Below are positions 20,008 through 29,887 of a stretch of 55,500 nucleotides of DNA, piece after piece. A program made the translations under genes and the position numbers. A model generated the notes under the pieces. That model ran no database searches. It saw only the letters and a program-made list of their open reading frames with translations, and had not been told where the DNA came from. This stretch comes from an uncultured Leuconostoc sp. (lineage in GTDB: Bacteria; Bacillota; Bacilli; Lactobacillales; Lactobacillaceae): contig NZ_CAMJRK010000001.1 in the NCBI RefSeq assembly GCF_946222815.1, positions 1 to 55,500 of the forward strand, given 5' to 3'. Positions within the stretch are counted from its first letter, which is position 1. Each line of letters begins with the position of its first letter.

Positions 20008-20472
20008 TCAATGTTTCTCTTTATTTAATTCTGGTTGCACAATCAACATATCTAATCGACACAACATATTTAATAATGTTTGCCCTTCAAATAGACCATA
20101 AGTCTCTAGCCAACCATTAAAACGACTGTTCACACGTTGTGTAATCATTGATTCCACTCGCTGACCTTCGGATGTTAAATTTAATAAAATGCGTCTATGA
20201 TCCTGATCATCTTTTACTTGATTCAAATAGCCTTGTTCAAATAGCGGTTTAAGTTGGCGAGCAATTGCGCCCTTTGTCACACCACGTTCAGCGGCAATTC
20301 TTGTCAACGTTAGTGGCTGGTTCTGATTATTTTTCACCACTGCAGTCATGATTAACCACTGTTCAAATGACAGACCAAACTGACTTGTCGGTTGTGAAAT
20401 CAACTTCTCCAAATGTTTTAATGATGACATATAGACATGAATAAACTCAGTCATCAAATCAGAATTTGTCAT
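20008..20472 (-). CDS. MarR family transcriptional regulator
   Basis: wHTH IAAERGVTKGAIARQL, DHRRILLNLT. Confidence 0.88.
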   Translation of the reverse strand: MTNSDLMTEFIHVYMSSLKHLEKLISQPTSQFGLSFEQWLIMTAVVKNNQNQPLTLTRIAAERGVTKGAIARQLKPLFEQGYLNQVKDDQDHRRILLNLTSEGQRVESMITQRVNSRFNGWLETYGLFEGQTLLNMLCRLDMLIVQPELNKEKH

Positions 20473-20496
20473 TTTTCCTCCTAATCGTACACACGA

Positions 20497-21072
20497 TTAA
20501 TGCTCCTTTATCTCATGACTTGCTAGGTCAAACTGGTTAATATAGGTTAACGTATCGTCAATATTATCAAACAGCTGTACATGTTGCAATTCGTGTTCAG
20601 CTACAAAGCCATTGGTCACAGTCTCTTTTAGCCACTCCCACAAACTGTCATAAAAACCATTGATATTTAATAAGATCAGCGGTTTGTCGTGTAATCCTAT
20701 CTTTGCCCAACTAAGGACTTGTGCCAGTTCTTCTAAAGTACCAAAACCACCCGGAAGCACAACGAAAGCATCAGCATAGCGCATCATGAGATCTTTACGT
20801 TCTGACATGTTATCAACCTCAATTAATCGCGTTACTTGCTCTGGCGAAACAGCATCTTCAGCCAGATTATCAGGAGTTATACCAATAACTTCGCCACCGT
20901 GAGCCATCGTGCTCAGTGCTGTCGCTCCCATTAAGCCATCTCTACCACCACCATAAACTAGTTTTAGTTTTTTTTCAGCAATTATTTGGCCAAGTTTCTC
21001 TGCTATTTCAGTATATTTTGGATCATTTCCAAATTGTGCGCCCATGAATACGGCAATTGATTGAACTGTCAT
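20497..21072 (-). CDS. LOG family nucleotide phosphoribohydrolase
   Basis: LVYGGG, GLMGA, PGGFGTLEE; start MTVQ after GAAAGGA. Confidence 0.92.
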   Translation of the reverse strand: MTVQSIAVFMGAQFGNDPKYTEIAEKLGQIIAEKKLKLVYGGGRDGLMGATALSTMAHGGEVIGITPDNLAEDAVSPEQVTRLIEVDNMSERKDLMMRYADAFVVLPGGFGTLEELAQVLSWAKIGLHDKPLILLNINGFYDSLWEWLKETVTNGFVAEHELQHVQLFDNIDDTLTYINQFDLASHEIKEH

Positions 21073-21226
21073 TTGATTATTCCTTTCTATAAATTTAACA
21101 ATATTATACACAATAATCAAGCAATAATTTTGACAATTCCCCCGTTTGTATACGCTATGTGGTACACTATTATATAGGTTTTCGTTCGTGAAAAATTAAA
21201 TTAAACTACTATATTTTGGAGGCATT

Positions 21227-21439
21227 ATGATTTACAAAGTTTATTACCAAGAACATCCGGAACGCAATCCCAAGCGTGAAACAACAGTTTCACTCTACTT
21301 GACGGCAGACAGCTTGCCACAAGCACGGGAAATTATTGAAGAAAACACAACTTATAATGTGGAAGCTATCGAAGAATTAACAGATAAAGCATTGACTTAT
21401 GAAAAAGCCAATCCTAACTTCGACATTACAACATTCTAA
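21227..21439 (+). CDS. rpoY: RNA polymerase epsilon subunit
   Basis: MIYKVYYQE..PKRETT.SLY; precedes rnjA. Confidence 0.93.
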   Translation: MIYKVYYQEHPERNPKRETTVSLYLTADSLPQAREIIEENTTYNVEAIEELTDKALTYEKANPNFDITTF

Positions 21440-21441
21440 TT

Positions 21442-23124
21442 ATGACATATTCTGTAGATATTAAACCTAATGAAGTCGCAGTATATGCGCTAGGTGGATT
21501 AGGCGAGATCGGTAAGAATACATACGGTATTGAGTATCAAAATGAAATCATTGTCGTCGACGCGGGTATTAAGTTCCCGGAAGACGATTTACTCGGTATC
21601 GACTATGTTATTCCTGACTATACTTATTTAGTTGACAACATCGATCGCGTCAAGGCATTGGTTATTACGCACGGACACGAAGACCATATCGGTGCCATCT
21701 CCTATTTTTTACAATCAGTTAACGTGCCAGTCTATGCTGGCCCCTTAGCCATGGCTTTAATTAAAAATAAGCTTGAAGAAAAGCAAATGTTAAATCGTGT
21801 TGAATTACACGAAATTACAGATGGCTCAGTACTAGAGTTTGATAAGTTAAGCGTTGAATTTTTCCGAACAACACACTCAATACCTGATGTGTTTGGTGTC
21901 GCTGTTCACACGCCCGTTGGTACAATTGTTGAGACTGGTGACTTTAAGTTTGATCTGACACCCACAACTAAGCAGCCACCAAACCTCTGGTCAATGGCTC
22001 GTATTGGCGAAAACGGTGTCTTACTTATGATGAGTGATTCAACGAACGCTGAACGTCCTGAATGGACAAAATCAGAAGCTTGGGTCGCTAAATCCGTCAA
22101 TCGCATTTTTGATAAAATCGAACACGGTCGTATTATTTTTGCGACGTTCGCTTCTAATATGAATCGTGTTCGCATGGCAACTGATGCTGCTATTGCACAT
22201 GGTCGCAAAATTGCTGTTTTTGGCCGTTCAATGGAATCAGCTGTAACCAATGGACGCGCCCTAGGTTACTTAAATATTCCAGACAATATGCTTGTAGAAC
22301 AGTCTGAAATTAAACATATTCCAGATGACGAACTCTTAATTTTATCAACTGGCTCTCAAGGTGAACCAATGGCAGCTTTAGCACGAATCGCTGAAGGTAC
22401 TCATAAGCAAATTCGCCTAAAACCTAAAGATAATGTTATTTTCTCTTCTTCACCTATCCCTGGTAACACAGCTTCTGTCAATCAGGTAATCAATAAGTTA
22501 GAAGAAGGCGGCGCCAATGTTATTTATGGCAAAGTCAACAACATTCACACATCTGGTCACGGTGGTCAAGAAGAAGAGAAACTCATGATCGCCTTAATGA
22601 AGCCAAAATTCTTCATGCCTGTCCACGGTGAGTATCGTATGCTTAAGGTTCATGCCTCATTAGCACAAGAACTAGATGTTCCTAAAGATCACACTTTTAT
22701 TTTAGAAAATGGTGATGTTTTAGCTTTAGATGGTGAAAATGCCCGTGTTGCTGGTCATTTTCCTGGCGATGATACATACATTGATGGCTCTGGTATCGGA
22801 GATATCGGCTCAGTCGTATTACACGATCGTCAAAAATTGTCTCAGGACGGTTTAGTTGTTGTTACTGCAACAATTGATTTAAAAGAAAAAGAAATTTTGT
22901 CTGGCCCAGATATTTTATCTCGCGGATTCGTTTACATGCGTGAATCTGGTGATTTAATTAATGAAGGCCGACGTATTATTTTTGGAACAATGCGTCGGGT
23001 GATGAATAATCCTAATATCAGCGAAGCAGATATTCGTCAAGCTGTTATTGATGATCTTTCTAGATTTTTATACAAAGAAACTGCTCGTAAACCTATGGTC
23101 TTACCGATGTTAATTATGATTTAA
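21442..23124 (+). CDS. rnjA: Ribonuclease J1
   Basis: GGLGEIGKN, THGHEDHIG, HTSGHG, GPDILSRGFVY. Confidence 0.96.
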   Translation: MTYSVDIKPNEVAVYALGGLGEIGKNTYGIEYQNEIIVVDAGIKFPEDDLLGIDYVIPDYTYLVDNIDRVKALVITHGHEDHIGAISYFLQSVNVPVYAGPLAMALIKNKLEEKQMLNRVELHEITDGSVLEFDKLSVEFFRTTHSIPDVFGVAVHTPVGTIVETGDFKFDLTPTTKQPPNLWSMARIGENGVLLMMSDSTNAERPEWTKSEAWVAKSVNRIFDKIEHGRIIFATFASNMNRVRMATDAAIAHGRKIAVFGRSMESAVTNGRALGYLNIPDNMLVEQSEIKHIPDDELLILSTGSQGEPMAALARIAEGTHKQIRLKPKDNVIFSSSPIPGNTASVNQVINKLEEGGANVIYGKVNNIHTSGHGGQEEEKLMIALMKPKFFMPVHGEYRMLKVHASLAQELDVPKDHTFILENGDVLALDGENARVAGHFPGDDTYIDGSGIGDIGSVVLHDRQKLSQDGLVVVTATIDLKEKEILSGPDILSRGFVYMRESGDLINEGRRIIFGTMRRVMNNPNISEADIRQAVIDDLSRFLYKETARKPMVLPMLIMI

Positions 23125-23222
23125 ATAATATGTCAAGCAAGCTTCATTGTTGCTTGGCTTTTTTGTACATATTCTACTCAATGACACAATTAATTTCTAA
23201 CTGTAGCGCAACTAATGCTCTG

Positions 23223-23235
23223 ATTTCCGAACATT
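23223..23235 (+). promoter_or_regulatory. PurBox upstream of ppcA
   Basis: ATTTCCGAACATT is a perfect AWWWCCGAACWWT match; extended -10 TGCTAAAAT at 23301-23309. Confidence 0.7.
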
Positions 23236-23336
23236 AGTTTGATTTTTATACATTTTACTATATAAAAATTGAAATCCTCATTTTTAAACACCTATCAGTA
23301 TGCTAAAATGGTATAAGTACAAAAAAAGGAGCCGTC

Positions 23337-24854
23337 ATGACACAACGAAAAATTCCCACTATTATGGGTACACAACATCCTGATAATGCACATGCACCAT
23401 TTTGGGATGCTTCACAACAACCATTTATCAGCGCTTATCGCGAAATGAATGAAGCTTTTGAAAATTTTAGCGAATTAAACGTTGATGAGTATATGTGGGA
23501 CTGGGAAGGTAAGCATGCCGATGCAGCCGTCATCGATCGCTTATTTAGTACCGAATATGATTACTTCAAAACAAATCAAATTGGTCGCGATAAATTTCTA
23601 ACTTTTCGCTTCCCAAACATTTGGGAAGAAAAAGGCTACAGCTTAATGCAAGCAATGACCGCTATTTTAAGTTCAGAGGATTTTTCTCATGACCTTGGTT
23701 TTGATCAACGGCCTTTGTTTGAAGCAATATTACCAATGGCACAACGTGCAGATCAATTGCTTGAGATGCAGATATTGTTTGAAAAGTTAGCTAACTTTAA
23801 ATCAATTGAATTTACAAAAACTGATAAAAACACACCCTATATTGAAATGATTCCTCTGTTTGAGGATTTTAATACCCAGTTACATGCACCTGAAATTTTA
23901 AAAGAATATCTCAAGTTGCATGAGGAACACTTTGGTTTTCGACCAAAATATCTGCGTGTGTTCCTAGCAGGATCTGACTCTGCGTTAACTGCCGGGTTTA
24001 TGAGTTCAATCACAGGTAATAAACTGGCTATTGCAAGATTACATGAATTTGCAAAAGAAGAAAATATCGATATTTATCCTATCTCTGGTACAGGCTCAGC
24101 TATTTTCCGTGGTGGTTTGTCACCACATCGCATTGACCGTTACGTCACAGAATTTCCTGGCGTGCGCACTGCAACTGTACAGTCCGCTTTCCGTTATGAT
24201 TTCCCGTTAGAAGATGTCCAACAAGCTATCACAGAGTTAAAAGAAAAGCTGCCAAATGCCGAGCCATTAAAAATTTCTGCTGATGATCAAAAAATTCTAG
24301 CAGAAGTAGCTGAAGAGTCTGCTAAGTTTTATGCGAATACACTAGACCAATTAATTCCAGACATGCAGCCCATCTTCAAGGCATTTCCTAAGCGTCGTGA
24401 CCGCCGCCAGCACGTCGGTGTTCTTGGTTATTCACGGTCAGTTGATGGCATCGAACTCCCACGCGCTATTAATTTTACAGGGTCATTTTATTCAATCGGT
24501 GTACCGCCTGAATTTATTGGTTTCGGTCGCGCATTAGCCAATCTAAATGCTGATCATTTGTCAGTGTTTGTCCGAAATTACCCCAGCATGAAAAAAGATT
24601 TCCGTGAATTATCAGGGTATATTAATTTAGATGCTTTGGAAATCCTTAAAACTCAAAGCCCCGCTTGGGCAGAGGTAGAGCAAGATATTATGACGCTCAA
24701 AGCCATTTTTAATCTTGAAATTGGGCCTCATAATCGCGAACAGCAACAACACGCAGAAATTGCGTTGCAAGTCGTTCAAATCAAAGATGGTTCACCAGTT
24801 GCTACCACAGCTTTAATTAATCGCATGGCACAACTCAGACACTTCTTAGGTTAA
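23337..24854 (+). CDS. ppcA: Archaeal-type phosphoenolpyruvate carboxylase
   Basis: KIPTIMGTQHPDN, MWDWEGK, FRGGL, TVQSAFRYD, LPRAINFTGSFYSIGVPPE, terminal RHFLG; ~500 aa. Confidence 0.93.
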   Translation: MTQRKIPTIMGTQHPDNAHAPFWDASQQPFISAYREMNEAFENFSELNVDEYMWDWEGKHADAAVIDRLFSTEYDYFKTNQIGRDKFLTFRFPNIWEEKGYSLMQAMTAILSSEDFSHDLGFDQRPLFEAILPMAQRADQLLEMQILFEKLANFKSIEFTKTDKNTPYIEMIPLFEDFNTQLHAPEILKEYLKLHEEHFGFRPKYLRVFLAGSDSALTAGFMSSITGNKLAIARLHEFAKEENIDIYPISGTGSAIFRGGLSPHRIDRYVTEFPGVRTATVQSAFRYDFPLEDVQQAITELKEKLPNAEPLKISADDQKILAEVAEESAKFYANTLDQLIPDMQPIFKAFPKRRDRRQHVGVLGYSRSVDGIELPRAINFTGSFYSIGVPPEFIGFGRALANLNADHLSVFVRNYPSMKKDFRELSGYINLDALEILKTQSPAWAEVEQDIMTLKAIFNLEIGPHNREQQQHAEIALQVVQIKDGSPVATTALINRMAQLRHFLG

Positions 24855-24932
24855 TATCATATTGTTCATAGCCCTTAGGGGCTTTTTTTGATACAATGAA
24901 ACTAATTTGTTTTTTGAAAGAAACCACAAACC

Positions 24933-25862
24933 ATGCCTAATTATTTTGTCATTAACAACCCTACCGCTGGTAATGGCGTTCACTCAAATATTGTCATCAA
25001 CATCAAAAGCACGTTAAATATTGTAGCATGGCATGATACCAATTATACTGGACATGCGCTATATTTAGCCAAAAAACTAGCCAAAACCATTGATGATCCA
25101 AAAGCCGTTGTTCTCGTTATCGGTGGTGATGGCACGTTAAATGACGTGCTAAATGGGTTACTGCAATTTAAGCGTGATACTCAGCTACCTATTGCCTATA
25201 TACCAACAGGTTCAGGTAATGACTTTGCTCGTGGTGTGAATCTCGGAACAGCTGAACAAGCGTCTAATCACCTTAAAAGTGTCACTCACTCTCAAATGCT
25301 TACAATAGGCAAAATTGATGGTGATGCCCCACATCATACAACTAAATACTTTATGAACAGTATTGGCATCGGATTTGATGCTGCGGTTGTTGCGCAGACA
25401 AACCAAACAACTTTAAAACATCGTTTAAATAAATTAGGGCTTGGTTCACTCAGTTATCTGCTGTCTGTCTTAAACGTTTTTTTCAAACAGCATGATTTTC
25501 AAATGACAATAATGAACGGTGAAGATTATATTCAAATACCTCACGCATTTCTTGTAACATTAACAAATCAAGCCTACTTTGGTGGTGGCATTGCCATTTT
25601 ACCAGGTGCAGATGTTCATGAAAATGAACTTGATATGGTGGTTGCTGAAAAAATGTCATTCATTCAGTTTTTATTAATGTTTGCCGCCCTAAAAAAAGAT
25701 GGTGGTCATTTGCAATTCAAATCTGTTCATAAAATACCATTAGCTCGCGGTGCCAAAATTCACGTTCGTGACATTCAACCTGGTCAAATAGATGGCGAAG
25801 AGTTAGGGAATGGCACATTTTCGTTTAACATTGATTATCAAACTTATCCATTTTGGTTATAA
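24933..25862 (+). CDS. Lipid kinase (YegS/BmrU/DAGK family)
   Basis: NPTAG, GGDGTLND, PTGSGNDFAR, YFGGG, DGE. Confidence 0.9.
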   Translation: MPNYFVINNPTAGNGVHSNIVINIKSTLNIVAWHDTNYTGHALYLAKKLAKTIDDPKAVVLVIGGDGTLNDVLNGLLQFKRDTQLPIAYIPTGSGNDFARGVNLGTAEQASNHLKSVTHSQMLTIGKIDGDAPHHTTKYFMNSIGIGFDAAVVAQTNQTTLKHRLNKLGLGSLSYLLSVLNVFFKQHDFQMTIMNGEDYIQIPHAFLVTLTNQAYFGGGIAILPGADVHENELDMVVAEKMSFIQFLLMFAALKKDGGHLQFKSVHKIPLARGAKIHVRDIQPGQIDGEELGNGTFSFNIDYQTYPFWL

Positions 25863-25866
25863 CAAT

Positions 25867-25913
25867 AAAAAAGGTTTAGTCATCATGCAATAGCTGATGG
25901 CTAAACCCTTTTT
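25867..25913. terminator. Bidirectional terminator
   Basis: AAAAAAGGTTTAGTCATCA..TGATGGCTAAACCCTTTTT. Confidence 0.8.
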
Positions 25914-26851
25914 CAATTAAAACGTCCTAATCTTTCTGCTTGATGCGTAACACTCAAAATCAACTTGCGTGAAATTAAATGCTGACTAGCCTGTAAAACT
26001 AACTCATCCTCATAACAAACGGCTGCAATAGCGCTTACTGCTGTTGGAATAACACTATTGGCATGACCATGTAAAAAAGCATTTTCCATGGCTTGCATAT
26101 AACTATCACTATTAAGTAATGACCAAATAATCGCTTCCAAAGTGCTTGCACTACGACCATCTAATTTAATATGATTAACTGGAATATTAGCAAAATCAGG
26201 TAAATTTAATTTTTCAAATGCCACTAGTTCTGATTCAAACACCTTATGCCGTGAATAATATTCAAAACCAAAGGCCAAACCATTTTCTACAGCGTCACGC
26301 AGGTGTTGTCCGTCGAGTATTTGGCTAATAATGATACTAAGCATGCCCACACTAACCAACGCGCCTTCATCATTATGCGTCAAACCAGCAATACGATGCA
26401 ATGTCAACATGGCTGTTTCATCATTAATAAATGATACACCATATTCGTGATGTAAATACAGTGCTACTGGCAACATTCGAACCAATATATTTTCACTATC
26501 TGCTATATCTTCAAGGACCCCAGAGGCTAATGTATCTCTGTTTTTAGTATAGTTGTCCATTGCTTGTTTCGTGACTGCGTCAACATGTTGTACTGTATTT
26601 TCCGGTACAAACTGACGCCTCTTATACCAATTTTGAAAATGATTCATGACATCAGTTAACTGATAGCCACGTGACAAACTGGCAATTGTTGTTAAAGAAA
26701 GGCTTGTTTGTGATCCCCAGCTTAGCTCATTAGTAAATTTAACCGGTGCTTGTAATAACTCATCCTGCTGGCTGTTAGACAGTTGCGTCATACTTTCACC
26801 TATTGCCATACCAAACATTAAAAGTTGTATTGTTGATTGCTTTTTTACCAT
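25913..26851 (-). CDS. ADP-ribosylglycohydrolase-fold protein (catalytic Asp residues apparently lost)
   Basis: GMAIGE, F..WY, LVRMLPVAL, LTHN, TLEAIIWSLL..SY..A pattern of the DraG/ARH family. Confidence 0.75.
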   Translation of the reverse strand: MVKKQSTIQLLMFGMAIGESMTQLSNSQQDELLQAPVKFTNELSWGSQTSLSLTTIASLSRGYQLTDVMNHFQNWYKRRQFVPENTVQHVDAVTKQAMDNYTKNRDTLASGVLEDIADSENILVRMLPVALYLHHEYGVSFINDETAMLTLHRIAGLTHNDEGALVSVGMLSIIISQILDGQHLRDAVENGLAFGFEYYSRHKVFESELVAFEKLNLPDFANIPVNHIKLDGRSASTLEAIIWSLLNSDSYMQAMENAFLHGHANSVIPTAVSAIAAVCYEDELVLQASQHLISRKLILSVTHQAERLGRFN

Positions 26852-26883
26852 ATCTTATTTTAACATACACGCTATTTTAAAAA

Positions 26884-28050
26884 TTACAATAGCGCCTTAA
26901 TTTCATCAATTTTGTCTAATGCTTCCCATGGCAAATCGATATCTGTTCGACCAAAATGACCAAACGCAGCTGTTTGCTTATATATTGGGCGACGTAAGTT
27001 TAAATGGTTAATAATTGCTAATGGTCGGAAATCAAATAATTGTGATGTCATGTCGCGAATTTTTGATTCAGCAATTTTTGCCGTACCAAAAGTGTCGATA
27101 TTTAATGACACTGGTTGTGCGACACCAATAGCGTACGCAACTTGTAATTCTAATTTATCAGCCACACCAGCTGCAACTAAGTTTTTTGCCACATATCGTG
27201 CAAAATAGGCAGCTGAACGGTCAACCTTGGTTGCATCCTTACCTGAAAATGCGCCACCACCATGATGCGCAGCACCACCATATGTGTCAACAATTATTTT
27301 TCGGCCAGTTAAGCCAGAATCAGCCTGTGGTCCGCCTAATACAAAACGTCCTGAAGGATTAATATAATAGATTGTGTTCTCATCAACTAAATCTTGTGGC
27401 AGTACTTTATCAATGACCAATTTTCGGACATCATCACGCAATTGACTAAGCGTGACCTCTTCGTCATGCTGCGTTGACAAAACAACTGCTGCAATGCGCG
27501 TAATTTGGTCATTATCATCCAATTCAACGCTCACTTCAGCTTTAGCATCCGGACGTAAATAAGAAACTGTTTCTGCTTCGCGTACATCGCGAATTTTACG
27601 CATCAAACGATGTGACAAAGCTAATGTCAAAGGAATATAGCTTTCAGTTTCATTTGTAGCATATCCGAAAACCATGCCTTGATCACCCGCGCCCAATTGT
27701 TCAGGATCATCATCAGCATTATCAACTGCTTGGGAAATATCATCTGATTGTTCAACAATTTTATTTGAAACATTAACAGAGTCCGCTGTGAAACCGAGTT
27801 CAGCTTTATTATAACCAATCTCACGAATTGTATCCGTTGCAATTTGTCGTACGTTAACATATGCTGATGTTGATAATTCGCCAAAAATAGATACATCACC
27901 AGTTGACGTTGTTACTTCAACGGCTGAGCGTGCATGTGGGTCTTGTTCAAGCACTGCATCTAAAATAGCATCGGCTATTTGATCGGCTATTTTGTCAGGG
28001 TGCCCTGCGGAAACTGATTCTGATGTAAAATACTTTGTCATGTGAAACAT
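26884..28050 (-). CDS. metK: S-adenosylmethionine synthetase
   Basis: [33 protein letters not shown]. Confidence 0.98.
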   Translation of the reverse strand: MFHMTKYFTSESVSAGHPDKIADQIADAILDAVLEQDPHARSAVEVTTSTGDVSIFGELSTSAYVNVRQIATDTIREIGYNKAELGFTADSVNVSNKIVEQSDDISQAVDNADDDPEQLGAGDQGMVFGYATNETESYIPLTLALSHRLMRKIRDVREAETVSYLRPDAKAEVSVELDDNDQITRIAAVVLSTQHDEEVTLSQLRDDVRKLVIDKVLPQDLVDENTIYYINPSGRFVLGGPQADSGLTGRKIIVDTYGGAAHHGGGAFSGKDATKVDRSAAYFARYVAKNLVAAGVADKLELQVAYAIGVAQPVSLNIDTFGTAKIAESKIRDMTSQLFDFRPLAIINHLNLRRPIYKQTAAFGHFGRTDIDLPWEALDKIDEIKALL

Positions 28051-28093
28051 GACCTCCTTAAAAATTCAAAATAAAAAGCTACTGGTCGTAAAT

Positions 28094-28238
28094 AAAAAGC
28101 GCGTCCCAACGATTAGTCGGTACGCGCTAACGTGACGACTATCTGTACAGATGGACCACCGTGCTGAAATATGTTACCATATTTGACCGGTTGGTGTAGG
28201 GTTATCGTGCTGTATCACTCGCCTACTCTTGATAGCTG
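28094..28238 (-). promoter_or_regulatory. SAM-I (S-box) riboswitch lacking P4, with intrinsic terminator
   Basis: CUAUCAAGAG; P2 UAGG/CCUA with GAGUG..CACGAU; ACCAACC/GGUGGU P3; GAUAG closes P1; terminator at 28094-28129; promoter TTGCAT-17-TATTCT. Confidence 0.85.
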
Positions 28239-28404
28239 TTTTAAATTGTATCTTTAGAATAGCAGACGTATAAACAAAATGCAAACCCAATTAAACGTTA
28301 TTTATTTTCAACAGGCATACGACGCTCATTTGAAAATTATAATTCATGTATTTGTGTCCATAAAATAATACGCAACACTATCAAATTAGGGTACAATATT
28401 AATT

Positions 28405-29235
28405 ATGGATAGTCATAATAATCAACAACAACAACAATCGCACCGTCTACCTGATGGCCGGCCTATTCCCCGGCGTATCACGACTGACCCGCAAGAAAAG
28501 CGCAGCTATGAAAACTTTACGCCGGCTGGCTTTTTTGATTGGCGTCGTTGGGTGCCATTATCGGTTATTGTTATCAGTTTAACTATTATTTGGTGGCGTC
28601 AACCGTTACTACACACAAAAGCATTATCAGGTGCTGGCATTACTTGGCAACTGATCCCGCTATTTGGTTATACCGTTACAGTTGCGATTGCGATGGCACT
28701 GATGATGACCCAAAATCTTCGTAGTATCTCAAGCTATCTCTTCTTAGCGTTTAGTACCCTGTTTACATTTAGCTCGCTGATTCAAACACGGCATGAAGTA
28801 TTTATCTTACTCCTTTTGCTTATTATGTTCTTCATTGTCATACAACAAGCTTGGTTGGGTCTACAAAATTTCCTCGGATTACTGTTGCTAAGTGTTTTAG
28901 CAACTTTTGCAATTCCGATTAGCATTTTCTATATCACAAATAATTTCTTAACCCAACGTTTCATCTGGCAACTTTTACCAATGTTGTTTGGCTTTGGATT
29001 CTACTTTACCCCAATTTTAATACCAAACCCCGATGGTCGTAAACTAAGTATTTTAACATTAGGCCTATTCTGGGTCGCAATACTGAGCCATACCGTTGGC
29101 ATCAGCACAGTATTTATTATTATTTTCAGCTTAATTGCTTTCATTTTACAATTTGTTAAAGCAAAAATTGGCAATTGGCAGCATATGGGCTATGTACTTT
29201 TAATGGCGTTGTCTATGCTACTAATCTATCATTAA
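28405..29235 (+). CDS. Multi-pass membrane protein, unknown function
   Basis: About 8 hydrophobic segments after a polar N-terminus. Confidence 0.8.
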   Translation: MDSHNNQQQQQSHRLPDGRPIPRRITTDPQEKRSYENFTPAGFFDWRRWVPLSVIVISLTIIWWRQPLLHTKALSGAGITWQLIPLFGYTVTVAIAMALMMTQNLRSISSYLFLAFSTLFTFSSLIQTRHEVFILLLLLIMFFIVIQQAWLGLQNFLGLLLLSVLATFAIPISIFYITNNFLTQRFIWQLLPMLFGFGFYFTPILIPNPDGRKLSILTLGLFWVAILSHTVGISTVFIIIFSLIAFILQFVKAKIGNWQHMGYVLLMALSMLLIYH

Positions 29236-29269
29236 AAAAGTTCGCTACATGATCATGTAGCGAACTTTT
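29236..29269. terminator. Bidirectional terminator
   Basis: AAAAGTTCGCTACATGATCATGTAGCGAACTTTT perfect palindrome. Confidence 0.85.
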
Positions 29270-29867
29270 ATTTTAGCTTATTATACAGCGGTAACAATGA
29301 TGATATGGCCTCTGTTATTTGAGATAAGTCTGTGTCGTCTTTAAACTGTTTGTCGCCGCGTAACAACTTAATACCGACCAATACCTCACTATGCTTTATA
29401 TTTGCAAAACGCTGCACAGCGGCATCATACGTTGTCAAAGTCAATGCAGTTGAACCATTGACCATATGGTCGGTACTTAACACAAAATTATTGGCTAATT
29501 TTGCAATCATTTCTCTGGTCGACATCATTTTAGAAACAATCGTTGCTGTCTCCTTTGGCTTCATGTTCTCCTCTACTGCAAGATAAAGATAGACATGGTC
29601 AGCCCAAATACCGAGTTCAAAGTGTGGCATCATTTTATAACCACGTTTATTTGGTGCAAAAGCTACCCATGTGTTGTCCGGTGCATTCGTTGTGCGACGC
29701 AAATGTTTGGCAATATGTGCATACCATTGTTGCCCATTTGTATTTAATATTGGTAAAATCATTTCAGCAGACTGTTCAAATTTTGGATCAATAATAGTCC
29801 TAATAAGTGCCATTCTATCAGTCAACGTTGCCACATCAAATATCTCAAAATCACTATCTTTAAACAT
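29268..29867 (-). CDS. DUF1054 / YktB family protein
   Basis: HIAKHLRRTTNAPDNTWVAF, RGYKMMPHFELG. Confidence 0.9.
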   Translation of the reverse strand: MFKDSDFEIFDVATLTDRMALIRTIIDPKFEQSAEMILPILNTNGQQWYAHIAKHLRRTTNAPDNTWVAFAPNKRGYKMMPHFELGIWADHVYLYLAVEENMKPKETATIVSKMMSTREMIAKLANNFVLSTDHMVNGSTALTLTTYDAAVQRFANIKHSEVLVGIKLLRGDKQFKDDTDLSQITEAISSLLPLYNKLK

Positions 29868-29887
29868 TATTTATACCCTAAAACTTT

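Noticed and set aside
28050..28240. SMK (SAM-III) box expected before metK
   Set aside because: No SD/anti-SD SMK pattern found; the sequence fits SAM-I with a terminator
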